A DNA stretch of 64,000 nt from an uncultured Candidatus Binatia bacterium. GTDB lineage: Bacteria > Desulfobacterota > Binatia > UBA9968 > JAJDTQ01. The DNA lies in NCBI GenBank assembly GCA_965213675.1, contig OZ243916.1, forward strand, positions 2,880,001 to 2,944,000, written 5' to 3'. Positions 1 to 10,771 of the stretch are shown here, in pieces; the first letter of the stretch is position 1; the number at the start of each line of letters is the position of its first letter. Both the position numbers and the translations under genes were made by a program. The notes under the pieces were generated by a model that was given only the letters and a program-made list of their open reading frames with translations, made no database searches and was not told the origin of the DNA.

Positions 1-444
1 CTGATGCTCGGCAACCTGCTGCGGGAGTGCGGCGTGGTGGAACGGCTCAAGCTGGCCTCGGAGAACGAGATCGCCAACATCGTGACGCTGCTGCTGGGAC
101 TGTCCATCGGCGGCACCATGGCGGCGGAGCGGTTCCTGCGGGTGGAGACCCTGATGGTGCTGTCCCTGGGGCTCGTGGCCATCGGCCTCGACACCGTCAT
201 GGGTGTCCTCTTCGGCAAGGGCATGTGCCTGCTGAGCCGTGGCAAGATCAATCCCCTCATCGGCGCCGCCGGCATCTCCGCCTTCCCCATGGCCGCCCGC
301 GTGGTGCAGAACGAGGGCCAGCGCTACAACAGGAAGAACCACCTGCTGATGCACGCCATGAGCGCCAACGCCGGCGGCCAGATCGGCTCCGTCATCGCCG
401 CGGCCATCATGCTGTCGGTGCTGCGCGGGATGGGGATCATCTGA
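1..444 (+). CDS. Na+-translocating decarboxylase beta subunit (OadB/GcdB/MmdB family), C-terminal part
   Basis: Motifs GKINPLIGAAGISAFPMAARV and LLMHAMSANAGGQIGS; runs off the left edge. Confidence 0.92.
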   Translation: MMLGNLLRECGVVERLKLASENEIANIVTLLLGLSIGGTMAAERFLRVETLMVLSLGLVAIGLDTVMGVLFGKGMCLLSRGKINPLIGAAGISAFPMAARVVQNEGQRYNRKNHLLMHAMSANAGGQIGSVIAAAIMLSVLRGMGII

Positions 445-509
445 CAAACTTGCGAATGTGGGCTTAAGGATCGGCATGGAAGGGCGATTCACTCCATGGG
501 CACCGATTC

Positions 510-588
510 TTGACTTTCCCGCCGTTTCCTGGTGTCGTGTTCTGGAACGGCCCGCATTGGCGCGCCCAGCGCACCAGGAGATGGCCTC
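510..588 (+). promoter_or_regulatory. Conserved upstream leader of coiled-coil paralogue 1
   Basis: TTGACTTTCCCGCCGTTTCCTGGTGTCGTGTTCT...GGAGA-N7-ATG, aligns with 2871-2947 and 13569-13647. Confidence 0.6.
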
Positions 589-1083
589 ATGAGTTTGATC
601 GTTTCCGAAATCTACGATGCGCTGATCGAAGCCGGGACTTCCTCGGAGAAGGCAACAGCCGCGGCCGCCGCCGTGCCCTTGGCCGAGAACGTGGCGACAA
701 AAGACGACATCGCAAGGATTGAAGCGGACATCGCGGGGATTCACGCCAGCATGGCGACCAAGGACGACATCGCAAGGATTGAAGCGAGCATGGTGACCAA
801 GCAGGACCTCGCGGATGCCTGCATGGCTTTCGAGCGGAAACTCGCGGATGCCAGCACGGCTTTCGAGCGGAAACTCGCGGATGTCAGCATGGCTGCCAAG
901 CAGGACCTCGCGGATGTCAGCACGGCTTTCGAGCGGAAACTCGCGGAATACAACTCGGCCATCAATCGGGAGTTCGCGAAGATCAAGAAGGACATTGCCG
1001 TCCTCAAGTTCGCGGTGTTCAGCGGCGGAGCGGTCATCATGGCCGCTCTCGGCACTCTGTTAAAGCTGGCTTTGTATCCGTAG
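589..1083 (+). CDS. DUF1640/CCDC90-like coiled-coil protein with C-terminal TM anchor (paralogue 1)
   Basis: GGAGA SD 7 nt before ATG 589; head LIVSEIYDALIEAG, ATKDDI repeats, 11-aa AFERKLAD repeats, hydrophobic C-terminus. Confidence 0.8.
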   Translation: MSLIVSEIYDALIEAGTSSEKATAAAAAVPLAENVATKDDIARIEADIAGIHASMATKDDIARIEASMVTKQDLADACMAFERKLADASTAFERKLADVSMAAKQDLADVSTAFERKLAEYNSAINREFAKIKKDIAVLKFAVFSGGAVIMAALGTLLKLALYP

Positions 1084-1144
1084 TTCGTCTGCATGGGCGC
1101 CTTGCGCGACCGTATCCGCTCCAACGTCTGGAAACCCGACCTCC

Positions 1145-2734
1145 GTGGCCGAAAAACGCAAAGCACCTGAACCCGACGGCGCCGCGCGGGAAGTTCCGGC
1201 CCCGGAACAACGTCTCGCCGACCTCGAGGCGGGCGTCCTCGCGGGCGACCTCCGCGCCATCGACAAGCAGCACGGCGAGGGCAAGCTCACGGCCCGGGAG
1301 CGCATCGAGCGGCTCGTGGACCCGGGCAGTTTCACGGAAGAGTTCATGCTGGCCGAGACCCAGTGCACGGATTTCGGCATGGCGGAGCGGCGCCGGCCCA
1401 CGGACGGGGTGGTGTGCGGGTTCGCGCGCGTCGACGGGCGGCCGGTGTACCTGTTCGCCCAGGACCGCACGGTGCTGGCCGGGGCGGTGGGCAGCGCCCA
1501 CGCCGAGAAGATCGCCAACGGCATCCGCACCGCCCGGTCCCTGGGAATGCCGTGCATCGGTCTCTACGACTCGGTGGGGGCGCGCATCCAGGAGGGGCTC
1601 TCGGTCACGGCGGCCATCGGCCAGATCTTCTTCGAGAACAGCATCGCGTCGGGCGCGATCCCGCAGATCTCAGCAGTCATGGGGCCGTGCATCGGCGTGG
1701 CCTCGTATTCGCCGGCGCTCACGGACTTCATCCTCATGGTGCGCGGCACGAGCCAGATGTTCATCACCGGGCCGCCGGTGATCAAGGAGGTGCTGGGGGA
1801 AGAAGTGACCATGGAGGAGTTGGGCGGCGTGCGCATCCACTCCGAGGTATCCGGGGTGGCGGACGTGGTGAGCGCGGATGACGAGGCCTGCCTGGCGGAG
1901 ATCCGCAGGCTGCTGGGGTACCTTCCGGCAAACTGCCACGAGGCGCCGCCGCGGCGGGAGAGCGGCGACGACCCCGAACGGCGGCTCGACGGCATCGAAG
2001 CGCTGGTGCCCGAAGACAAGCGCAAGCCCTACGACATCGTCAAGGTCATCCGGGCGGTGGTGGACGGCGGCGAGTTCCTGGAACTCAAGCGCCGCTTCGC
2101 GCGCAACCTGGTGATCGGGTTCGGGCGGCTCGACGGCCACCCGGCAGGGTTCGTGGCCAACCAGCCCATGTTCCTGGCCGGCAGCCTGGACGTGGACGCG
2201 TCCGACAAGGCGGCGCGCTTCATCCGCTTCTGCGACGCCTTCAACATCCCCATCGTGACGCTGATGGACGTGCCCGGGTTCTTCCCCGGGCGGCAGCAGG
2301 AAGAACTGGGCATCATCCGTCACGGCGCCAAGATGCTCTACGCTTACGCCGAGGCCACCGTTCCCAAGATCACCCTCGTGCTGCGCAAGGGCTACGGCGG
2401 CGCCAAGCAGGCCATGTGTACGCGCGAGATGGGCGCCGACCAGCTTTGGCTGTGGCCCGGCGTGGAGCTGGCGGTCATGGGCGGCGGCGGCGCCGTCAAC
2501 GTGCTCTACCGGCGCGAGATCGCCGCCTCCGACGACCCCGAGCGCACCCGCCGCGAGAAGATGGCCGAGTTCCACGAGCGCTTCAACGGCCCCTTCGAGG
2601 CACTCTCCAAACAATTCTCCCAAGCGGCCATCCAGCCCGCCGAAACCCGCGCCCGCCTCATCCACGCCCTGGCGCTGCTGCGCCGCAAAAAGGAAACCCG
2701 CCCCGCCAAAAAGCACGGCGTCATGCCAGTGTAG
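1145..2734 (+). CDS. Acyl-CoA carboxyltransferase subunit (methylmalonyl/propionyl-CoA carboxylase-decarboxylase family)
   Basis: GKLTARERI, DSVGARIQEG, ARFIRFCDAFNIP, DVPGF, C-terminal KKHG motifs. Confidence 0.93.
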   Translation: MAEKRKAPEPDGAAREVPAPEQRLADLEAGVLAGDLRAIDKQHGEGKLTARERIERLVDPGSFTEEFMLAETQCTDFGMAERRRPTDGVVCGFARVDGRPVYLFAQDRTVLAGAVGSAHAEKIANGIRTARSLGMPCIGLYDSVGARIQEGLSVTAAIGQIFFENSIASGAIPQISAVMGPCIGVASYSPALTDFILMVRGTSQMFITGPPVIKEVLGEEVTMEELGGVRIHSEVSGVADVVSADDEACLAEIRRLLGYLPANCHEAPPRRESGDDPERRLDGIEALVPEDKRKPYDIVKVIRAVVDGGEFLELKRRFARNLVIGFGRLDGHPAGFVANQPMFLAGSLDVDASDKAARFIRFCDAFNIPIVTLMDVPGFFPGRQQEELGIIRHGAKMLYAYAEATVPKITLVLRKGYGGAKQAMCTREMGADQLWLWPGVELAVMGGGGAVNVLYRREIAASDDPERTRREKMAEFHERFNGPFEALSKQFSQAAIQPAETRARLIHALALLRRKKETRPAKKHGVMPV

Positions 2735-2775
2735 AACCCCGCGTCACTAACCTCATCGCCACGCCTCCTCTTGCC

Positions 2776-2802
2776 GTCATTTCCGCGGAAGCGGGAATCC
2801 AG
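2776..2802. repeat. Single palindromic REP unit, family A
   Basis: GTCATTTCCGCGGAAGCGGGAATCCAG. Confidence 0.8.
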
Positions 2803-2947
2803 GGGTGGCGGGGCGACTTCTCGTTTAAGTTGACCATCCTGAGCGCCGACAGTTCCTTATGAGACCCTTCTTGACTTTGCCGCCGTTTCTTGGTCTCGTA
2901 TTCTGAAACGGCCCTTCCATGCGCGGGGCGCATTTGGAGAATGAACG

Positions 2948-3289
2948 ATGGGCCTGATCGTTTCCGAAGTCTACGATGCACTGATCGAAGCCGGAGCCTC
3001 CCCAGTCAGCGCAAAAGCCGCCGCCGGCGCCGTGCCACCAGCCGAGAACATGGCCACCAGGGACGACATCAACAGGGTGGAAGGCGACATCGCCAGAATC
3101 GAGGCCAACATGGCCACCAGGGACGACATCAACAGGGTGGAAGGCGACATCGCCAGAATCGAGGCCAACATGGCCACCAGGGACGACATCGCCAGAATCG
3201 AGAAACAGATCGCTGTCCTCCGCTTCGCGGTCTTCACCGGCGGCCCGGCCATCCTTGCCTTCATGGTCAAGCTGACCTTCTTCCCGTAG
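2948..3289 (+). CDS. DUF1640/CCDC90-like coiled-coil protein (paralogue 2)
   Basis: MGLIVSEVYDALIEAG head; perfect 60-bp tandem repeat encoding ATRDDINRVEGDIARIEANM; TM tail ending LTFFP. Confidence 0.85.
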   Translation: MGLIVSEVYDALIEAGASPVSAKAAAGAVPPAENMATRDDINRVEGDIARIEANMATRDDINRVEGDIARIEANMATRDDIARIEKQIAVLRFAVFTGGPAILAFMVKLTFFP

Positions 3290-3328
3290 GTTTTCGCCAC
3301 GCGTCGAATCCGCGGAACCCCTAGCCCC

Positions 3329-3745
3329 CTACTCGCGTGCCCCCTCCCGCCGCGTCATGATCGCCAGCCGCGTGACCCCGGCGGCCCGGGCGGCGTCCAT
3401 CACCGCCACCACCACACCGTGAGGCACGCGCCGGTCGGCGCGGATCCACACCTGGGCGTCGCGCCGTCCCGCGGCCGCCGCGCGCAGGCGCGCCCCCAAC
3501 ACCTCCAGGGTCACCGGCGCGCCGTCGAGGCGGACGGTGCCGTCCGGTGTAACGGCGATGGTGATGTCGCGGTCCTCGCTCGCCAGCTCCGGGGCCGCGG
3601 CGCCGGGCAGGTCCACGGTGATACCCGGGTTGGTCAGGAAGTTCATGGACAGGGCGAAGAAGATCAGCAGGTTGAAGATCGTGTCCACCACCGGCGTCAT
3701 GTCGATGAAGCCCGCGGCGGCTCTCCTGCGGGGGCGAAAATTCAT
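3329..3745 (-). CDS. exbD: Biopolymer transport protein ExbD/TolR
   Basis: IDMTPVVDTIFNLLIFF and IRADRRVPHGVVVAVMD; ATG overlaps exbB stop. Confidence 0.9.
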   Translation of the reverse strand: MNFRPRRRAAAGFIDMTPVVDTIFNLLIFFALSMNFLTNPGITVDLPGAAAPELASEDRDITIAVTPDGTVRLDGAPVTLEVLGARLRAAAAGRRDAQVWIRADRRVPHGVVVAVMDAARAAGVTRLAIMTRREGARE

Positions 3746-4371
3746 GCCGGCCGACCGCTCCCGTCGCCCGCGCCGTCGGTCAGCAGGTCCATGAAGCGAG
3801 TGCACAGGCGCTCCATTTCCAGTGTCAGGGCGTTGGCCTTGTTGAGCAGGTAGCGGTGCATGACCACGGTGGGAATGGCCACGCTCAGGCCCGCCAGGGT
3901 GGTGACGAGGGCCTCGGAGATGCCCCCGGCCAGGGTGGCCGGGTCTACCACGCTCTGGGTCGAGATCACCGAGAAGATCTCGATCATGCCCGAGATGGTG
4001 CCCAGGAGGCCGAGCAGGGTGCTGACCCCGGCGATGGTGCCGAGGGTGTCCACAAAGCGCTCCAGCCCAGCGGCTTCCTGCCGGCCGGCCTCCTCCAGAT
4101 GCTCCTTCATGATGTCGCGCCGCTGCCCGGCGACGCGCACGCCCACCGCCAACACCCGCGCCACCGCCGCCGGGCTCGCGCCCAGCAACTCCCCGGCCGC
4201 CGCCAAGTCCCGGTCCGCCACCAGCGCCTCGGCGCGACGCACCAAGTCCGCCGGCGCCACCCGCCGCCGCCGCAGACTCAGCAACCGTTCCACGAAGATC
4301 GCCACCGCCACCATGGAACACAACAGGATCGGCGCCATGAAGAAGCCGCCCTTGGCAAGGAATTCAAACAT
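3742..4371 (-). CDS. exbB: MotA/TolQ/ExbB proton channel protein
   Basis: LLGLLGTISGMI and LAGGISEALVTTLAGL motifs. Confidence 0.9.
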   Translation of the reverse strand: MFEFLAKGGFFMAPILLCSMVAVAIFVERLLSLRRRRVAPADLVRRAEALVADRDLAAAGELLGASPAAVARVLAVGVRVAGQRRDIMKEHLEEAGRQEAAGLERFVDTLGTIAGVSTLLGLLGTISGMIEIFSVISTQSVVDPATLAGGISEALVTTLAGLSVAIPTVVMHRYLLNKANALTLEMERLCTRFMDLLTDGAGDGSGRPA

Positions 4372-4554
4372 GATGTGAGCCGTTCACGGATGTGTGGACC
4401 GCCACCTCGCGCCATCCGCGCCTTGATATCTGCCGGACTGCCGGCCCAAGCGCTTGGCCGGACCATGGGCGGCGCACCGCCTTGTGCCCCGTCCCCCTGT
4501 GCCATATCATTTGCTCATGGCTTCCGTTAAGCGCCCGGCGCCCCTCGTTGTCCC

Positions 4555-5283
4555 ATGAGCGACGTCAATCTCATCGTGGCCTTCGCCGCCGGCGCGCTCT
4601 CGTTCCTGAGCCCCTGCGTGCTGCCGCTGATCCCGTCGTACCTGTCCTTCGTCTCCGGCATCTCGCCACGCGAGATGAGCGAGGGCGGCGCCGCCAGCGG
4701 TCGAGTGATGGGCAACGCGTTCGCGTTCGTCCTGGGCTTCTCCATCGCCTTCATCGCCCTGGGCGCGTCGGCCAGCCTGCTGGGGCGGCTGCTGATGGGG
4801 TACCAGGACGTGGTGCGCGTGGCCGGCGGCTTGTTCATCCTGGTGGTGGGGGTGTACCTGACCGGGCTCTTCCGGGTCGCCACCCTGGAACGCTACGCCC
4901 AGGTCAACCTGCGCAGCAAGCCCGCCGGGTATCTCGGCTCGGTGCTTGTGGGCCTCACCTTCGCGGTGGCCTGGATTCCATGCGTAGGGCCGATCCTCGG
5001 CGCCATCCTGACCCTGGCCGGCACCACCGGCGAGTTGCACCGCGGCGCGCTGCTGCTCTCCGCCTACGCCGCCGGCCTGGGCCTGCCGCTGCTCCTCAGC
5101 GCTTTGGCCATGAGCCAGTTCTTCCGCGTCTCCCGCGCCCTCGGCTCCTGGCTCCCCGCCATCCACGTCGCCGCCGGCCTCCTCCTCGTCGCCGTCGGCC
5201 TCCTCCTCGTCACCGACAACATGACCGCCGTCAACGCCTACGCCCTCCGCCTCACCCCCGCCTGGCTGGTGACGCGCCTGTAG
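4555..5283 (+). CDS. ccdA: Cytochrome c biogenesis protein CcdA
   Basis: LSFLSPCVLPLIPSY and WIPCVGPILGAIL. Confidence 0.92.
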   Translation: MSDVNLIVAFAAGALSFLSPCVLPLIPSYLSFVSGISPREMSEGGAASGRVMGNAFAFVLGFSIAFIALGASASLLGRLLMGYQDVVRVAGGLFILVVGVYLTGLFRVATLERYAQVNLRSKPAGYLGSVLVGLTFAVAWIPCVGPILGAILTLAGTTGELHRGALLLSAYAAGLGLPLLLSALAMSQFFRVSRALGSWLPAIHVAAGLLLVAVGLLLVTDNMTAVNAYALRLTPAWLVTRL

Positions 5284-5312
5284 GGCATCCATCGCTTCCA
5301 ACGTAAGTGAAG

Positions 5313-5606
5313 ATGGAGACTCCCTTTGTCTACATCCTCGCCAGCAAACCCCGCGGGACACTTTATATCGGCGTCACATCCAAACTTGTTCAACGCGTCT
5401 GGCAACACAAGAACGACGTCGTCGCCGGTTTCACCAAGCGCTACCAAGTACACCGCCTGGTCTGGTACGAGGTCCACGGCTCCATGGAAAGCGCCATCAC
5501 CAGAGAAAAGGTCCTCAAGAAGTGGCGCCGCGCCTGGAAGATCGCGTTGATCGAGAAAACCAACCCCACATGGGCCGACCTCTATGACGACATCGCAAAT
5601 TTCTGA
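5313..5606 (+). CDS. Small stand-alone GIY-YIG nuclease
   Basis: FVYILASKPRGTLYIGVT...R..QH...AITREKVLKKWRRAWK..LIEKTNP. Confidence 0.9.
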   Translation: METPFVYILASKPRGTLYIGVTSKLVQRVWQHKNDVVAGFTKRYQVHRLVWYEVHGSMESAITREKVLKKWRRAWKIALIEKTNPTWADLYDDIANF

Positions 5607-5628
5607 CTTCGCCCCTACCGCCCCGAGT

Positions 5629-6720
5629 CGTTACTCCCGCGACAGCGGCTGTGTCGAACTCTCGCGAAAGCCGCTGTGTCGAACACTACCCGAACTGGCG
5701 ATGGCACCGCCATCCCGAACCGTCATTCCCTTCCCGCTTCCCAAGCTGTGTCAAAACAGGTTGTGTCAAAACTCTTTACGCAACCACATCACGGAACGTC
5801 ATTCCCGCGAAAGCTTGCCCTCGACCCCGATCGGGGGCGGGAATCCAGGCGGGGCGAGGCGGGGAATACCCTCGTTTCGCCCCCTCCCCACCCATGGATT
5901 CCCGCTTCCGCGGGAATGACACTTCGGGGCGTGGCAGGCATTCTCCCTATCCAAGCGGAGTTCTGACACAACCGCTTCCGCGGGAATGACACTTCAGGGC
6001 GTGGCAGGCTTTTCCCCATCCAAGCGGAGTTCTGACGCAACCGCTTCCGCGGGGCGGTTCGAGGCGTGGCAGGCTTTTCCCTATCCAAGCGGAGTTCTGA
6101 CGCAACCGCTTTCGCGGGAATGAGGGCACGTGAGGAACCGTTGCGAGGCGCAGCCGAGCCTGTTTCGGGCAGGGGTGGCGCGGGACCTGCCCGCCTCGCC
6201 CCCTCCCCACCACCCCTGGTTTCCCGTTTCCCAGGCTGTGCCAAAACAGGTTGTGTCAAAACTCTTTACGCAACCACGTCACGGAACGTCATTCCCGCGA
6301 AAGCTTGCCCTCGACCCCGATCGGGGGCGGGAATCCAGGCGGGGCGAGGCGGGGAATACCCTCGTTTCGGCCCCTCCCCACCCATGGATTCCCGCTTCCG
6401 CGGGAATGACACTTCAGGGCGTGGCAGGCTTTTCCCTATCCAAGAGGAGTTCTGACACAGCCGCCTCCACGGGACGCTTCAGGGCGTGGAGGGCGTTCTC
6501 CTATCCAAGCGGTGTTCTGACGCAACCGCTTCCACGGGGCGGTTCGAGGCGTGGCAGGCATTCTCCCTATCCAAGCGGAGTTCTGACGCAGCCGCTTCCA
6601 CGGGACGGTTCAGGGCGTGGAGGGCGTTCTCCTATCCAAGCGGAGTTTTGACACAACCGCTTTCGCGGGAATGAGGGCACATGAGGAACCGTTGCGAGGC
6701 GCAGCCGAGCCTGTTTTGGG
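5629..6720. repeat. Composite repeat array: two ~490-bp higher-order units, each with a REP doublet (5798-5920, 6288-6410) and 3-4 copies of a ~56-60-bp subunit
   Basis: Direct repetition at offset 490; GGTTGTGTCAAAACTC at 5759 and 6249 is the exact reverse complement of GAGTTTTGACACAACC near 6643. Confidence 0.92.
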
Positions 6721-6758
6721 CCGCCCCTTGCGAGGTCCGTCCCGCGTCGTCCTGCGCC

Positions 6759-8066
<1,308 letters not shown>

Positions 8067-8196
8067 TCACCTGTTCGTAACAGATCACGCGGAGCATGGA
8101 CATTCAGACCCCACCGTTGTTCCCACACGGTGTTCACCGCCATCCGTTTTCTTCAGTTGCAGTCCGGGCGGGGATCAACCATGATAGGGTAGTCTC

Positions 8197-8523
8197 ATGG
8201 TTTCGGCTCAAAAATGGTCGCGGCGCGCGGTCAACTACGGCCTGTTGGCCGCGTTGGCGCTGATGCTGTTCTTTCTGGTGTTCGGCGAGTGGGGACTCGT
8301 GCACTACCGGCGCCTGGTGGAGGAGCGGCACCTGCTGGAAGAGCGGTCCCAGGCGTTGCAACGGGAGAACGAACTGTTGCGTGAGAAGATCCACCGCATC
8401 CGCAAGGACGACCGCTACCTGGAAAAACTCGCTCGGGAGGAGTTCGGCCTGGCGCGAGAGGGAGAGACCATCTACCTGTTCCCAACCGACGGGCTCCACA
8501 ACGCCGTTCAGCCGGAGCGTTGA
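8197..8523 (+). CDS. ftsB: Septum formation initiator FtsB/DivIC
   Basis: N-terminal TM, FGEWGL, coiled coil, EKLAREEFGLAREGETIY. Confidence 0.85.
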   Translation: MVSAQKWSRRAVNYGLLAALALMLFFLVFGEWGLVHYRRLVEERHLLEERSQALQRENELLREKIHRIRKDDRYLEKLAREEFGLAREGETIYLFPTDGLHNAVQPER

Positions 8524-8550
8524 CATCGCTTGCGCGATCCCATAAGGAGT
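8520..8550 (+). promoter_or_regulatory. Putative tRNA promoter
   Basis: Perfect TTGACA at 8520 overlapping the ftsB stop; -10 only weak. Confidence 0.45.
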
Positions 8551-8559
8551 GATCCCAGA

Positions 8560-8634
<75 letters not shown>

Positions 8635-8657
8635 GACTCACCCTCCCGCTTTCCTTG

Positions 8658-9884
8658 CTACGGCTTTCCTTTCGACGGCTTTCCTTTCGACGACGCTTCC
8701 TGCGCTTTCGCCACTTGCTCTTGCGCGGTGCGCGCCGCGTCCGCAGCGGTGCCAGCACTGGCTCCCGCGTCACCCGACCGCGCGGCCGCGCCGGAACCGG
8801 CACTGACATCGGCTCCTTCGCCGCCGTCCTCCCCGTTCACCGTGGCGCCGGCGAGGGCGTGCACCATGCGCTCCACGGAGATGGCGCCCACGGTACGGCC
8901 CTCCACGTCCACCACGGGCGCTTCCTCGCCGGAAGAATCCACCACCAGCGACAGAGCCTCCTCCAGCACCATGTCGGAGGGAATGACGGCGTCCGGCTCC
9001 GGTTCGGGGGCGGGCGTGCCGTCCTCGGCCGGTTCCATGATGGAACCCACCTGGATCACGCGGCCGCGGTTGATGTTGCGGGTGAAGTTGGAGATGTAGT
9101 CGTCACTGGGCTGGAGCACGATCTCCTGGGAGTCGCCGTTCTGCACCACCACGCCGTCGCGCAGGATGGCGATGCGGTCACCGACGGTGATGGCCTCGTC
9201 GAGATCGTGGGTGACGAACAGGATCGTGCGGTGCAGCTCCTGCTGCAGTTCCAGCAGCAGCGCCTGCATGTCCGCGCGGATGAGCGGGTCCAGGGCGCTG
9301 AAGGCCTCGTCCATGAGCAGGATCCCGGCCTCGGTGGCCAGCGCCCGGGCCAGTCCCACGCGCTGCTGCATGCCCCCGGAAAGCTCGTGGGGATAGGAGG
9401 CTTCGTACCCGGTGAGCGCCACGCGGTCGATCCAGCGCTGGGCGCGGTCGTCGCACTCCGCCCGCGCCACCCCCTGCATGTCCAGCCCGTAGCGCACGTT
9501 CTCCAGCACCGTGCGGTGCGGGAACAGGGCGAAGTGCTGGAACACCATGCTTACCTTGTGCCGGCGCAGGTCCTGCAGCGCCGCGCGGTCGAGAGTGCGC
9601 ACGTCCTGGCCCGCTACCCGCACGGAGCCCTCGGTGGGCTCGATGAGCCGGTTGACATGGCGGATCAGCGTGGACTTGCCGCAGCCGCTGAGCCCCATGA
9701 CCACCTGGATGCTGCCCGGATCCACCGTCAGTTCGATGTCGCGCAGCGCCAGCACATGGCCGTGGGCTTCCAGCAGCTCCTGCTTGCCCATGCCCTCGCG
9801 CACGTACGGCATCATCGACTCGGGGGCGTCGCCGAACACCTTGTAGAGCGAGCGGATTTCGATGTGGGAGGAATCGGGCGCCAT
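8658..9884 (-). CDS. proV: Glycine betaine/proline ABC transporter ATP-binding protein
   Basis: MGLSGCGKSTL, LSGGMQQRVGLARAL, LLMDEAFSALDPLIR; start MAPDSS overlaps proW stop. Confidence 0.9.
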   Translation of the reverse strand: MAPDSSHIEIRSLYKVFGDAPESMMPYVREGMGKQELLEAHGHVLALRDIELTVDPGSIQVVMGLSGCGKSTLIRHVNRLIEPTEGSVRVAGQDVRTLDRAALQDLRRHKVSMVFQHFALFPHRTVLENVRYGLDMQGVARAECDDRAQRWIDRVALTGYEASYPHELSGGMQQRVGLARALATEAGILLMDEAFSALDPLIRADMQALLLELQQELHRTILFVTHDLDEAITVGDRIAILRDGVVVQNGDSQEIVLQPSDDYISNFTRNINRGRVIQVGSIMEPAEDGTPAPEPEPDAVIPSDMVLEEALSLVVDSSGEEAPVVDVEGRTVGAISVERMVHALAGATVNGEDGGEGADVSAGSGAAARSGDAGASAGTAADAARTAQEQVAKAQEASSKGKPSKGKP

Positions 9885-10765
9885 CAGCTCTGCCTGCCGC
9901 TCTGGATGCGCCGGCCGTAGCTCTGCGTGATGCGGTCGAAGACAATGGCCAGCGCCACCACCGCGGCGCCGTTGAACAGACCCAGGGCGAAATACTGGTT
10001 GGTCACCGCCTGGAGCACCGGCTGGCCCAACCCCTTCACGCCGATCATGGACGCGATCACCACCATGGACAGGGCCATCATGATGGTCTGGTTGACCCCC
10101 GCCATGATGTTGGGCAGCGCCAGCGGCATCTGGATGTCGAACAGGCGCCGCCAGGTGTCGGTGCCGAAGGCGTCGGCGGCTTCCAGTACCTCCTTGTCCA
10201 CCAGCCGGATGCCGAGGTTGGTGAGGCGGATGACCGGCGGTACCGCGTAGATCACCACGGCGATGAGCCCGGGGATCTTGCCGAGGCCGAACAGCATGAC
10301 CACCGGGATCAGGTAGACGAAGATGGGCATGGTCTGCATGATGTCCAGAACCGGCGTAATAAGGGATTGCATCCGGTCGGAACGGGACATCCAGATGCCC
10401 GCGGGAATGCCGATGGCGATGGCGATCATGGTGGAGACGAAGATGATCGCCAGAGTGCGCATGGTGTCTTCCCACATGCCCATGTAGCCGATGAGGAAGA
10501 GCGCCGCGGCCACGCCCACGGCCAGCCGCCTGCTGCGCCCGGCCACATAGCACAACGCGGCCACCACCAGGATCACCAGCCACCACGGGGTGGCCAGCAG
10601 CAGTCGCTCGAACCGGATGAGGAAGTAGAGCAGGGGGTCGAATAAACTCTCGATGGTGTCGCCGTAGGTCCGGGAAAATGTCCGGTACCCGGAGTCGAAC
10701 GCCTTCTTGAGCGCACGCAGCGCACCCTCGTCCAGGGTGGGAAATTCTTGCAGCCAACCGGTCAT
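9884..10765 (-). CDS. proW: Glycine betaine/proline ABC transporter permease
   Basis: PVLDIMQTMPIFVYLIP, IMAGVNQTIMMALSMVVIASMIG. Confidence 0.92.
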   Translation of the reverse strand: MTGWLQEFPTLDEGALRALKKAFDSGYRTFSRTYGDTIESLFDPLLYFLIRFERLLLATPWWLVILVVAALCYVAGRSRRLAVGVAAALFLIGYMGMWEDTMRTLAIIFVSTMIAIAIGIPAGIWMSRSDRMQSLITPVLDIMQTMPIFVYLIPVVMLFGLGKIPGLIAVVIYAVPPVIRLTNLGIRLVDKEVLEAADAFGTDTWRRLFDIQMPLALPNIMAGVNQTIMMALSMVVIASMIGVKGLGQPVLQAVTNQYFALGLFNGAAVVALAIVFDRITQSYGRRIQSGRQS

Positions 10766-10771
10766 GGTTCC

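Noticed and set aside
5900-6680. CRISPR-like appearance of the ~58-bp periodic array
   Set aside because: Whole units repeat with no unique spacers and there are no cas genes
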